This document shows positions 1 to 7,972 of a DNA stretch of 33,504 nucleotides, in pieces. Made by a program: the position numbers and the translations under genes. The notes beneath the pieces were generated by a model. That model did no database searches, was not told where the DNA came from, and was given only the letters and a program-made list of their open reading frames with translations. Every line of letters begins with the position of its first letter. Position 1 is the first letter of the stretch. Source of the DNA: a virus (Duplodnaviria; Heunggongvirae; Uroviricota; Caudoviricetes); the IMG/VR virus record IMGVR_UViG_2695420456_000021, one strand, 5' to 3'.

Positions 1-318
1 ATGAAAAAGATAGCTGCTATATCATTAATTAGTATTTTTATTATGTCTGGTTGTGCTGTGCATAATGATGAGACAAGTATCGGTAAATTTGGTCTTGCAT
101 ATAAAAGTAATATTCAGCGTAAACTCGATAACCAATACTACACCGAAGCCGAAGCTTCTTTAGCCAGGGGCAGAATATCTGGTGCAGAAAATATAGTAAA
201 AAATGATGCAGCCCATTTCTGTGTTACTCAGGGCAAAAAAATGCAGATAGTTGACCTGAAGACAGAAGGTGCAGGATTACATGGCGTCGCTCGTCTGACA
301 TTCAAATGTGGAGAGTGA
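1..318 (+). CDS. yegR: Small putative lipoprotein (105 aa), host gene flanking the prophage on the left
   Basis: Complete ORF in the track. N-terminal hydrophobic signal ending in lipobox-like 'IMSGC'. Sequence and position opposite yegQ/cyaR match my recollection of E. coli yegR; identity not verified. Confidence 0.6.
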   Translation: MKKIAAISLISIFIMSGCAVHNDETSIGKFGLAYKSNIQRKLDNQYYTEAEASLARGRISGAENIVKNDAAHFCVTQGKKMQIVDLKTEGAGLHGVARLTFKCGE

Positions 319-380
319 GAATATTTTTTGGTAAGCGTCAAACATGCGCGTTCTGGTTGTGCTTAGCCGGAACCTGTGCG

Positions 381-413
381 AGCACGATGCCGTTACGTGA
401 AAGGCATCGTGCT
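381..413. repeat. Perfect 11-bp inverted repeat (agcacgatgcc ... ggcatcgtgct) with 11-nt loop in the yegR-attL spacer; function unknown
   Basis: Read directly from sequence; no T-tract follows, so not a canonical intrinsic terminator. Confidence 0.5.
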
Positions 414-475
414 ATGAAGGGAGATTCTATCGATGTGGTCAATGGAAGACGGTGACCAGGGATAGGGCTTATGCA

Positions 476-503
476 TAAAAAATAAGCCCGTGTAAGGGAG
501 ATT
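476..503. repeat. attL core: 28-bp direct repeat taaaaaataagcccgtgtaagggagatt (orphan copy of cyaR 3' end)
   Basis: Identical 28-mer at 31971..31998; flanking bases differ on both sides. Confidence 0.75.
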
Positions 504-582
504 TAGGGTGTCACCAGTAGGGGCTTTCAACGGTACAATGCGGGTTTGAGCGGCATAAATTACCACTGAAAGCCCTTAAACG

Positions 583-1596
583 TTACTCTACTGTGGACAC
601 TGTGTGGACACTCTCGGCCTCAGTACCACCTCTTAGCGGATTAAGAGAAATGGCGTCCTGAAGGTACTCTGGCGCAAAGTGAGCGTAAACCATAGTTTGC
701 TCAATCCGCGTGTGACCTAGTATCCGTTGTAGCGTGATAATACTTCCTCCATTAATCATGAAATGAGTGGCAAAGCTGTGCCTTAGTGCATGTGTGGCTT
801 GCCCCATTGGCAAATCCGGTTTTATTGCTTTCATTGTTCGTCTGAAGCGAGGGTAATCAGCATCAGGGAATAAAAAACCTCGTTTGTTATCCGCGATCAT
901 TTTGGCAACAGCCTCTGAGATCGGGACGGTGCGTGGTTTGTTTGTTTTCGTTTTAACAAACGTGACGCGGTTATGGATGATATTTTCTGCTTTCAAACGA
1001 GCTGCTTCTCCCCAACGTGCTCCAGTACTCAGGCAAAGAATCGCAATCTTTTTATTGTCGCCGTCAAGAGCAGCAAGCAGTAAGGCAATTTCTTCCTGCG
1101 TGAGATAGCCTGTGTCTGGTTTTTCCTCCTTAAGCCTTTTTGTCCCTCTGATAGGGTGCTCACCAAAGAATAACTCCGCTTCAATCAGGGCTGTAAACAT
1201 GCCGCTAATACATGTTAAATCACGATTGATACTCGAAGGTTTAATACCCTGACTTCTTCGGGTGGCGCAGTACTGGCTGATAAGCGATTTCGTAATTTGA
1301 AATGCGCATGGGTCATTCGTTATTTTTGTGAAGATTTCAATTTTTCCAAGATTAGATTTCCCATGCTCTTCGTGTTTACCCTTTAAATCCCACCAGATCT
1401 GTGTCAGCTCCGACAGACGTCGCTTGTCTGTTGGTTTTGATAGCCATTCTTTATTGTGGTGGTTGTACAACGTGTATTTCTCGAAAGCGACAGCTTCGCT
1501 TTTCTTATCAAACTTCCTACGGATGCGTTTTCCATTACGTCCAGTAGGGCGGATGTCCACTTCATATCGACCATCATCGAGTTTTTTGATTGCCAT
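583..1596 (-). CDS. int: Tyrosine integrase, P2 Int-like (337 aa)
   Basis: ORF track; same length as P2 Int; C-terminal catalytic-region motifs (HALRHSFAT ... LGH ... Y); adjacent to att core. Confidence 0.95.
   Translation of the reverse strand: MAIKKLDDGRYEVDIRPTGRNGKRIRRKFDKKSEAVAFEKYTLYNHHNKEWLSKPTDKRRLSELTQIWWDLKGKHEEHGKSNLGKIEIFTKITNDPCAFQITKSLISQYCATRRSQGIKPSSINRDLTCISGMFTALIEAELFFGEHPIRGTKRLKEEKPDTGYLTQEEIALLLAALDGDNKKIAILCLSTGARWGEAARLKAENIIHNRVTFVKTKTNKPRTVPISEAVAKMIADNKRGFLFPDADYPRFRRTMKAIKPDLPMGQATHALRHSFATHFMINGGSIITLQRILGHTRIEQTMVYAHFAPEYLQDAISLNPLRGGTEAESVHTVSTVE
592..610 (+). promoter_or_regulatory. Tandem TGTGGACA direct repeats, 11-bp period (putative Int arm-type binding sites, P' arm)
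   Basis: tgtggaca at 592-599 and 603-610; similar tandem pair (tgtggtca/tgtggac) on the opposite arm at 31913..31930. Confidence 0.4.
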
Positions 1597-1711
1597 CAGA
1601 AAACCCTCCGAGTGGTGTGTTTTTTGGCGACTACTAATCGCTTTTTTCGTGGTGGCTGAAATTTAGCCACCAATAGTAGGCACTTGTGATGAATATATTC
1701 ACGATGAATTG

Positions 1712-2011
1712 TTAACCAGTCTTTTGACCGGAGTGGGGCGACGTTGTTTCGTTTTGCCCAAAGTGTGCGAGAGCGGGCGCAATTTGCCCGGACTCAGGAG
1801 CGATCTGATTGGTCATGAACCATAAAGTGTATTTGGTGAATTGTGGGGTCTGCAGGATGTTCATCATGACATCTGTTGGAGGTGTTGAACGACCACTTTC
1901 ATAGTAACTCAGCGTGCCATACGGAACCCCTGTTAAATCAGCAAGTTGTTGTCTGCTCAAATACTCTGATTTTCGCATTAAGACTATCTTCTCGCTTATC
2001 GTGTTTGACAT
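1712..2011 (-). CDS. C: Immunity repressor, P2 C-like (99 aa)
   Basis: ORF track; 99 aa as in P2 C; transcribed divergently from cox; HTH-like segment 'LSRQQLADLTGVPYGTLSYYE'. Confidence 0.85.
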   Translation of the reverse strand: MSNTISEKIVLMRKSEYLSRQQLADLTGVPYGTLSYYESGRSTPPTDVMMNILQTPQFTKYTLWFMTNQIAPESGQIAPALAHFGQNETTSPHSGQKTG

Positions 2012-2044
2012 GGTGTTTAGATCTCAATAGTATTTAGTTTAGAT
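2005..2044 (+). promoter_or_regulatory. Putative early promoter Pe (TTGACA 2005-2010, 17-bp spacer, TAGTAT 2028-2033) with two 8-bp direct repeats GTTTAGAT (2015-2022, 2037-2044) flanking the -10, as candidate C operator half-sites
   Basis: Motifs read from sequence. The 22-bp repeat spacing flanking the -10 matches my recollection of the P2 operator architecture. Confidence 0.5.
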
Positions 2045-2073
2045 GTAGATTGTTTAGTGCTTGGATGTGGGCA

Positions 2074-2103
2074 CTAAAAGGCATTATAAGGCATTAAACG
2101 CAA
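2074..2103. promoter_or_regulatory. Three tandem ~10-bp repeats (ctaaaaggca / ttataaggca / ttaaacgcaa), candidate Cox-box array overlapping a leftward -10 (TATAAT on minus strand at 2083-2088; putative Pc)
   Basis: Direct repeats read from sequence; the third unit fits the recalled cox-box consensus TTAAA(G/C)NCA; perfect TATAAT on the minus strand. Confidence 0.35.
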
Positions 2104-2125
2104 TTCATGAGGGCTGGAGGACGAC

Positions 2126-2401
2126 ATGAGCAAGCAAGTAACACTCATGACTGATGCGATTCCTTATCAGGAGTTCGCAAAACTAATAGGAAAATCGACA
2201 GGAGCGGTTCGTCGGATGATCGATAAAGGAAAGCTGCCTGTAATTGATATGACCGATCCACAATCAGCTTCAGGTCGTGCAGGTGAATATTGGGTATACC
2301 TTCCGGCATGGAATAACGGACTAAAACTGGCTTATGAAAGCCGCCCTAAAGAGATTCGTGACGGCTGGTTGATGTGGTTAGGTCTCGGTGAACCACGTTA
2401 A
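2126..2401 (+). CDS. cox: Cox-like excisionase/transcriptional regulator (91 aa)
   Basis: ORF track; 91 aa as in P2 Cox; first gene of the rightward early operon opposite C. Confidence 0.85.
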   Translation: MSKQVTLMTDAIPYQEFAKLIGKSTGAVRRMIDKGKLPVIDMTDPQSASGRAGEYWVYLPAWNNGLKLAYESRPKEIRDGWLMWLGLGEPR

Positions 2402-2411
2402 GGAGAACCGT

Positions 2412-2582
2412 ATGAATGAGCCTCGTTGTATTGCTCAGTTACTGCGTAACGAAAGCCCCAGGGCGATTGACTTCAACATCACCCACGGTAAGGGGCGTAA
2501 GGGAATCATTATCCGCACCAAAAAACAGAGTCCGTTAAAAAAGGCTCTGACCTTTCTGAAAAGCCGGAGGGTATGGAAATGA
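2412..2582 (+). CDS. Small hypothetical protein between cox and B (P2 orf78-like position)
   Basis: ORF track frame 2388..2582. I prefer ATG 2412, which is preceded by aggag (2401-2405); 2388 lies inside the cox 3' end. Confidence 0.45.
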   Translation: MNEPRCIAQLLRNESPRAIDFNITHGKGRKGIIIRTKKQSPLKKALTFLKSRRVWK

Positions 2583-3079
2583 CAGTGATGACGCTCAATC
2601 TCGTTGAAAAACAGCCAGCAACTATGCGCCGGATAATTGGTAAGCATCTGGCCGTCCCTCGCTGGCAGGAGACATGCGATTATTATAATCAGATGATGGA
2701 ACGTGAACGGCTAACGGTTTGCTTCCATGCGCAGTTAAAACAGCGTCACGCAACGATGCGTTTTGAAGAAATGAACGACGTCGAACGTGAACGACTGGTA
2801 TGTGCAATTGATGAATTGCGTGGGGCATTCTCAAAACGCCGTCAGGTTGGCGCAAGTGAGTATGCATATATTAGTTTTTTAACAGTCAGTCAGCGTCGCA
2901 CTTTATTTATGCACGCACGACTGACAGAAAAAGAATTTAACCAGCCATACTGGCGAATTAATGAAGAATCATGTTACTGGCGTGATGCTTTATTCCGTGC
3001 ATTACGTGAATTATTCAGTCTGTTTGAGTATGCACCGACAATTCTGACGTCGGTAAAACCAGAGCAATATCTGCATTAA
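2579..3079 (+). CDS. B: Replication protein B-like (166 aa from ATG 2579)
   Basis: ORF track 2573..3079; ATG 2579 has better spacing from ggagg (2566-2570) and gives the P2 B length. Confidence 0.75.
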   Translation: MTVMTLNLVEKQPATMRRIIGKHLAVPRWQETCDYYNQMMERERLTVCFHAQLKQRHATMRFEEMNDVERERLVCAIDELRGAFSKRRQVGASEYAYISFLTVSQRRTLFMHARLTEKEFNQPYWRINEESCYWRDALFRALRELFSLFEYAPTILTSVKPEQYLH

Positions 3080-3142
3080 GTAATTAACCAGAGTTTTTAA
3101 CGCACTTAATTGTGCGGGGCTTCTTTTTGCCTGGAGAAAGTC

Positions 3143-3367
3143 ATGCATACAGTTTCTGAAAATCAGTGCGGTATATACGCATTACTGCTGCAACAGGCCA
3201 GAACCGAAGCACAGGCCGACGCTGCGACGCGCTTTTCTTCTCATCTTGACGCCATGATTCGCCACATCACAAAGGCGGAGTTATCCCGCGTGGAGATAGT
3301 CGAGCTGCTCAGTCAGGAGTCGGAAAAATTTCACAATATCGGATTGTCTCGTGGGGAGGTGCTTTGA
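3143..3367 (+). CDS. Hypothetical early-operon protein (P2 orf80 position)
   Basis: ORF track frame; ATG 3143 preceded by ggagaaa; stop overlaps next start (TGATG). Confidence 0.5.
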
Positions 3368-3669
3368 TGTCCTGTTCTCGTTCAATTGTATTACTGAATA
3401 ACGCCTTAAAAATCGCCGTTATGGAAAATGGCGATTTGTCTCTTATTCAACTTGGTCTTGATAAAGAAAAGCGCGACATAACTGAATCTGTTATCGCGAT
3501 TTATCAGAACGAATTAAACCTCCTGTCTGATGTGATCAATTTACTTGTGAAACGCGCTGTATTTCACAAGCAAATTTCCTCAGTGGATGAACTGACAAAA
3601 TTAACGACAGAACTCGCCAGCTATTGCGCTGATGAATTTAAGAAACTGAACGACAAAAGGAACTGGTAA
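3367..3669 (+). CDS. Hypothetical early-operon protein (P2 orf81 position)
   Basis: ORF track; ATG 3367 preceded by ggggagg; translationally coupled to neighbours. Confidence 0.5.
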   Translation: MSCSRSIVLLNNALKIAVMENGDLSLIQLGLDKEKRDITESVIAIYQNELNLLSDVINLLVKRAVFHKQISSVDELTKLTTELASYCADEFKKLNDKRNW

Positions 3670-3893
3670 TGCCGGACAACGTAGATTTCATTCAGGAACA
3701 ACAGGCTGAATTACTGGAGCGCCAGATTAACGCGGCAAGGGTAAAACATTGCTGTGCTTCTGCGCTGGTTTGCGAAGAGTGTGATGCGCCAATACCTGCT
3801 GCCCGTCGTGCGGCTTATCCGTCAGCCACGCGTTGTGTTTCCTGCCAGTCAGTCTTTGAAGCAAAAAACAAGCATTACCGGAGAATGGCATGA
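3669..3893 (+). CDS. TraR/DksA-type C4 zinc-finger protein (P2 orf82-like, 74 aa)
   Basis: C-x2-C-x17-C-x2-C in 'CEECDAPIPAARRAAYPSATRCVSCQ'. Confidence 0.7.
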   Translation: MPDNVDFIQEQQAELLERQINAARVKHCCASALVCEECDAPIPAARRAAYPSATRCVSCQSVFEAKNKHYRRMA

Positions 3894-4165
3894 GTATTCG
3901 TATCGAAATTGGCGAACGTTATGTCGTTACCAGTGACAGCTTTCAGTTTATTCTCCACGAGAAAAAGAGAGCGGAAAGCGGTAAAAACGCCGGCCAGGAA
4001 TGGCTGGCGGTGGTTGGTTATTACCCGAAATTAAGCCAGCTCGTTTCCGGCCTGATGCATCACGATATTCTGACCGGAAGCGCAAAATCTTTTGCTGATT
4101 TAAACGCGCAGGTTGAGCAACTCAGCAAGCGTTGTTCAGAGGCTTTTGGCTCACATGGCCGTTAA
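3890..4165 (+). CDS. Hypothetical early-operon protein (P2 orf83 position)
   Basis: ORF track; overlaps upstream stop and the downstream A start. Confidence 0.5.
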   Translation: MSIRIEIGERYVVTSDSFQFILHEKKRAESGKNAGQEWLAVVGYYPKLSQLVSGLMHHDILTGSAKSFADLNAQVEQLSKRCSEAFGSHGR

Positions 4166-6230
4166 AGCCTCCGGGCGTTTTGTCCCTCCGTCAGCATTTG
4201 CCGCAGGCACCGGTAAGACGTTTACCGGTGCTTATGCATGGAACGCGCCACGCGAGGCCGTCGGGCGCGAAAGACCCCTTACACGTGACGAGATGCGTCA
4301 GGTGCAAGGTGTTTTATCCACGATTAACCGCCTGCCTTACTTTTTGCGTTCGCTGTTTACTTCACGCTATGACTACATCCGGCGCAATAAAAGCCCGGTG
4401 CACGGGTTTTATTTCCTCACATCCACTTTTCAGCGTCGTTTATGGCCGCGCATTGAGCGCGTGAATCAGCGCCATGAAATGAACACCGACGCGTCGTTGC
4501 TGTTTCTGGCAGAGCGTGGCCACTATGCGCGCCTGCCTGGAATGAATGACAAGGAGCTGAAAAAGTTTGCCGCCCGTATCTCATCGCAGCTTTTCATGAT
4601 GTATGAGGAACTCTGCGATGCATGGGTTGATGCGCATGGTGAAAAAGAATCGCTGTTTACGGATGAGGCGCAGGCTCACCTGTATGGTCATGTTGCTGGC
4701 GCTGCACGTGCTTTCAATATTTCCCCGCTCTACTGGAAAAAATACCGTAAAGGACAGATGACCACGAGGCAGGCATATTCTGCCATTGCCCGTCTGTTTA
4801 ACGATGAGTGGTGGATTAGTCAGCTTAAAGGCCAGCGTATGCGCTGGCATGAGGCGTTACTGATTGCTGTCGGGGAGGTCAATAAAGACCGTTCTCCTTA
4901 TGCCAGTAAACATGCCATTCGTGATGTGCGTGCGCGCCGCCAGGCAAATCTGGAATTTCTTAAATCGTGTGACCTTGAAAACAGGGAAACCGGCGAGCGC
5001 ATCGACCTTATCAGTAAGGTGATGGGCAGTATTTCTAATCCAGAAATTCGCCGGATGGAGCTGATGAACACCATTGCCGGTATTGAGCGTTACGCCGCCG
5101 CAGAGGGTGATGTGGGGATATTTATCACGCTTACCGCGCCGTCAAAGTATCACCCGACACGTCAGGTCGGAAAAGGCGAAAGTAAAACCGTCCAGCTAAA
5201 TCATGGCTGGAACGATGAGGCATTTAATCCAAAGGATGCGCAGCGTTATCTCTGCCGTATCTGGAGCCTGATGCGCACGGCATTCAAGGATAATGATTTA
5301 CAGGTCTACGGTTTGCGTGTCGTCGAGCCACACCACGACGGAACGCCGCACTGGCATATGATGCTTTTTTGTCATCCACGCCAGCGTAACCAGATTATCG
5401 AAACCATGCGTCGCTACGCGCTCAAAGAGGATGGCGACGAAAGAGGAGCTGCGCGAAACCGTTTTCAGGCAAAACACCTTAACCGGGGCGGTGCTGCGGG
5501 GTATATCGCGAAATACATTTCAAAAAATATCGACGGATATGCACTGGATGGTCAGCTCGATAATGATACCGGCAGACCGCTGAAAGACACTGCCGCGGCT
5601 GTTACCGCATGGGCGTCAACGTGGCGCATCCCGCAATTTAAAACGGTTGGCCTGCCGACAATGGGAGCTTACCGTGAACTACGCAAATTGCCTCGCGGCG
5701 TCAGTATTGCTGATGAGTTTGACGAACGCGTCGAGGCTGCTCGCGCTGCCGCAGACAGTGGTGATTTTGCGTTGTATATCAGCGCGCAGGGTGGGGCAAA
5801 TGTCCCGCGCGATTGTCAGACTGTCAGGGTTGCCCGTAGCCCGTCGGATGACGTTAACGAGTACGAGGAAGAAGTCGAGAGAGTGGTCGGCATTTACGCG
5901 CCGCATCTCGGCGCGCGTCATATTCATATCACCAGAACGACGGACTGGCGCATTGTGCCGAAAGTTCCGGTCGTTGAGCCTTTGACTTTAAAAAGCGGCA
6001 TCGCCGCGCCTCGGAGTCCTGTCAATAACTGTGGAAAGCTCACTGGTGGTGATACTTCGTTACCGGCTCCCACACCTTCTGAGCACGCCGCAGCAGTGTT
6101 GGATTTGATTGATATAGGGGTGGTTAGTTGGAATGATGCTGAGGTGATGACAGTTCTTAGGAAGAGGTTAAAAGATTACTCACGGGAATTGATGGTATTC
6201 AAGGGAAGGGCTAGCCAACGCCCAATCTGA
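4155..6230 (+). CDS. A: Rolling-circle replication initiator, P2 A-like (HUH endonuclease)
   Basis: HUH-like 'TPHWHMMLF' and tyrosine motif 'YIAKYISK'. Track start 4113 is a TTG; first in-frame ATG is 4155 (MAVKASGRF...). Start uncertain. Confidence 0.9.
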   Translation: MAVKASGRFVPPSAFAAGTGKTFTGAYAWNAPREAVGRERPLTRDEMRQVQGVLSTINRLPYFLRSLFTSRYDYIRRNKSPVHGFYFLTSTFQRRLWPRIERVNQRHEMNTDASLLFLAERGHYARLPGMNDKELKKFAARISSQLFMMYEELCDAWVDAHGEKESLFTDEAQAHLYGHVAGAARAFNISPLYWKKYRKGQMTTRQAYSAIARLFNDEWWISQLKGQRMRWHEALLIAVGEVNKDRSPYASKHAIRDVRARRQANLEFLKSCDLENRETGERIDLISKVMGSISNPEIRRMELMNTIAGIERYAAAEGDVGIFITLTAPSKYHPTRQVGKGESKTVQLNHGWNDEAFNPKDAQRYLCRIWSLMRTAFKDNDLQVYGLRVVEPHHDGTPHWHMMLFCHPRQRNQIIETMRRYALKEDGDERGAARNRFQAKHLNRGGAAGYIAKYISKNIDGYALDGQLDNDTGRPLKDTAAAVTAWASTWRIPQFKTVGLPTMGAYRELRKLPRGVSIADEFDERVEAARAAADSGDFALYISAQGGANVPRDCQTVRVARSPSDDVNEYEEEVERVVGIYAPHLGARHIHITRTTDWRIVPKVPVVEPLTLKSGIAAPRSPVNNCGKLTGGDTSLPAPTPSEHAAAVLDLIDIGVVSWNDAEVMTVLRKRLKDYSRELMVFKGRASQRPI
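6006..6025 (+). other. Candidate replication origin/nick site inside A (gcgcctcggagtcctgtcaa)
   Basis: From memory, P2/186-family ori lies in the 3' part of gene A with a sequence like this; not verified. Confidence 0.3.
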
Positions 6231-6402
6231 TTATGTTTTGTAATGATAAGTTAATGCTGAATGAGTGGCTCGCGCATAACCTTGCGGGAAAAAGAGCATA
6301 TTATGTACAGTTTTGAGGTTGGCTAGAGAGGATGGGCGAGATAGTTTGTGTTTGTGTGGGTTTGAGAAGTTTGATGCGCACATCAAAAATTGATACAACT
6401 GA

Positions 6403-6431
6403 TTGAAAAAATGATAAAAAAGCTGTTAAAT
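6403..6431 (+). promoter_or_regulatory. Putative sigma70 promoter for the cargo cassette (TTGAAA, 17-bp spacer, TTAAAT)
   Basis: Hexamers read from sequence about 25 bp upstream of ATG 6456; AT-rich context makes chance matches likely. Confidence 0.3.
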
Positions 6432-6455
6432 GCGTCAGTTTTCTAAGGGGGGAAG

Positions 6456-7586
6456 ATGAAAAAAATAACCAAGAGAGAAAGAGAGAGAGATATTTTACGA
6501 TCCTATTTACATCGTACAGGAAGAGATGTTGTATCTGCAGGGCGCTCTAAGATTAATCCTATTTCAAAAGCATCAAAAATAAATCGTTGGATAAATGCGC
6601 AAATTAAAGATGGATTAAATTGCGAAATAAGGAAAAATAGAGACCTTTTCCTTACTTTACCTAAAAAGATGAACTTTTCAAGTAATTACCATCGTACAAT
6701 GCAGGCCATACAAACGATTAGGCATCTTACGGGGCGGAAGATATTTAATAACCAATGTTATCGTCTTTGTTTTGTTGACTTTTCGAAGATTGAATATATT
6801 TCTGCATCTGCCGCATTGGTATTGACCGCGGAATTATCAAAATGGGATGATTCGGTAAGGCAACGCATTCGCCCAAAAGTGAAAACGTGGAATAAAAACA
6901 TACTCTCTCAATTTGATGAGTTGGGTTTTTTTGACTTATTTAGAAATAAAGATAGTTTTGAGCTTGAAAAAGAAAAGGAACCAAGTAATATCCGTTTTGT
7001 TAAGTATATGAAAGGACATTTACATGATGATGAAAAAACTCAGCATTTAAAAAAAGAAATAAAGCGTATTGTGGGAGAAGACCTTGGTAAATGGACTTTC
7101 CTATACAGTGGTTTGTCCGAAGCTATTACAAATGTTGTTCATCATGCTTATCCAGATAATAAAGGCTATCATGAGCATGATAAAAAATGGTATTTAACTG
7201 CTTCATATGATAGTTCAAGTAGAATAATAAAAGTAGTGTTTTATGATCAAGGTATTACAATTCCTGGGTCTTTGCCGGAATCTAAACTCCATGAAAAGGT
7301 TTTAAATTACCTTTCGAAGTTACCGCTTGCAGAACGAAAAAGAGATGAACAATTGTTAAAGGCTGCAGTTGAAATCAAACGTTCTAGTACGGGGGAAGAG
7401 GATCGGGGTAAAGGCTTGCAGGACTTGTTGGAGTTCATAAAGCAACGTGGTGAAGGTTATCTTTCAATTATGAGTGGTAAAGGCCTTTACAAATACTCAC
7501 AACATGATAAAAAATCTGAGGTAAAATCAGTAAGCTTCGCTCTGCCTGTTTGTGGTACACTTATAGTATGGAGTACAAAGCTATGA
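6456..7586 (+). CDS. Cargo protein 1 (376 aa): N-terminal STAS-like segment plus C-terminal GHKL/HATPase_c-like ATPase (anti-sigma-factor-kinase-like)
   Basis: RBS aagggggg before ATG. Motifs 'EAITNVVHHAY' (N-box-like), 'YDQGITIPG' (G1-like), 'DRGKGLQDL' (G2-like); N-terminal 'VDFSKIEYISASAALVL' resembles the STAS core. No Walker A. AT-rich. Confidence 0.75.
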   Translation: MKKITKRERERDILRSYLHRTGRDVVSAGRSKINPISKASKINRWINAQIKDGLNCEIRKNRDLFLTLPKKMNFSSNYHRTMQAIQTIRHLTGRKIFNNQCYRLCFVDFSKIEYISASAALVLTAELSKWDDSVRQRIRPKVKTWNKNILSQFDELGFFDLFRNKDSFELEKEKEPSNIRFVKYMKGHLHDDEKTQHLKKEIKRIVGEDLGKWTFLYSGLSEAITNVVHHAYPDNKGYHEHDKKWYLTASYDSSSRIIKVVFYDQGITIPGSLPESKLHEKVLNYLSKLPLAERKRDEQLLKAAVEIKRSSTGEEDRGKGLQDLLEFIKQRGEGYLSIMSGKGLYKYSQHDKKSEVKSVSFALPVCGTLIVWSTKL

Positions 7587-7972
7587 TTACTAGATTGGTT
7601 GCTAGCCTCATGAAAACATTGAAGATTGGTTCAGAGTTCTCGAAAGTTCCCAGAGGCCGCTATCGTACTGACGGGACAGCAAGTGGTGAACGGTTTAGAG
7701 AAGATTTCTTAAGGAAGCGTCTAAGCTTGCTTTCTGCTGGGGAAAAATTGCAGATAGTCATCGACGATGATGTCGAAGGATATGGTTCGTCTTTTTTGGT
7801 GGAGGGCTTTGCGGGCATGGTAAAATATGGATATATGCATGCCAATGAATTATTGTCTAAAATTGAAATTAAATATACTAATCCTGATTTTGATTTCTAT
7901 AAAAAGAAAATAGAACAATATATCAACGAGGCGCAGTTTAATTCGAAACGATATGAGCCAACAGTCGAATAA
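7583..7972 (+). CDS. Cargo protein 2 (129 aa): small STAS-like / DUF4325-like protein
   Basis: ATG 7583 overlaps the gene-1 stop as ATGA; ggag 8-9 nt upstream. Motif 'IVIDDDVEGYGSSFLVEGF'. Track start 7550 lacks an RBS. Confidence 0.65.
   Translation: MITRLVASLMKTLKIGSEFSKVPRGRYRTDGTASGERFREDFLRKRLSLLSAGEKLQIVIDDDVEGYGSSFLVEGFAGMVKYGYMHANELLSKIEIKYTNPDFDFYKKKIEQYINEAQFNSKRYEPTVE

Noticed and set aside
476-503. tRNA gene as integration target
   Set aside because: No cloverleaf-compatible tRNA sequence at either junction; the core corresponds to the cyaR 3' end.
1328-1666. 112-aa plus-strand ORF (and 1456..1659)
   Set aside because: Antisense to the integrase gene with no RBS; a shadow ORF.
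2388-2411. Upstream ATG (2388) as start of the small post-cox ORF
   Set aside because: It lies inside the cox 3' end with no RBS; ATG 2412 has aggag at the right distance.
4113-4464. TTG start at 4113 for gene A, and overlapping 110-aa ORF 4132..4464
   Set aside because: The first in-frame ATG at 4155 gives a more plausible start (track start is a TTG); 4132..4464 is out of frame inside A.
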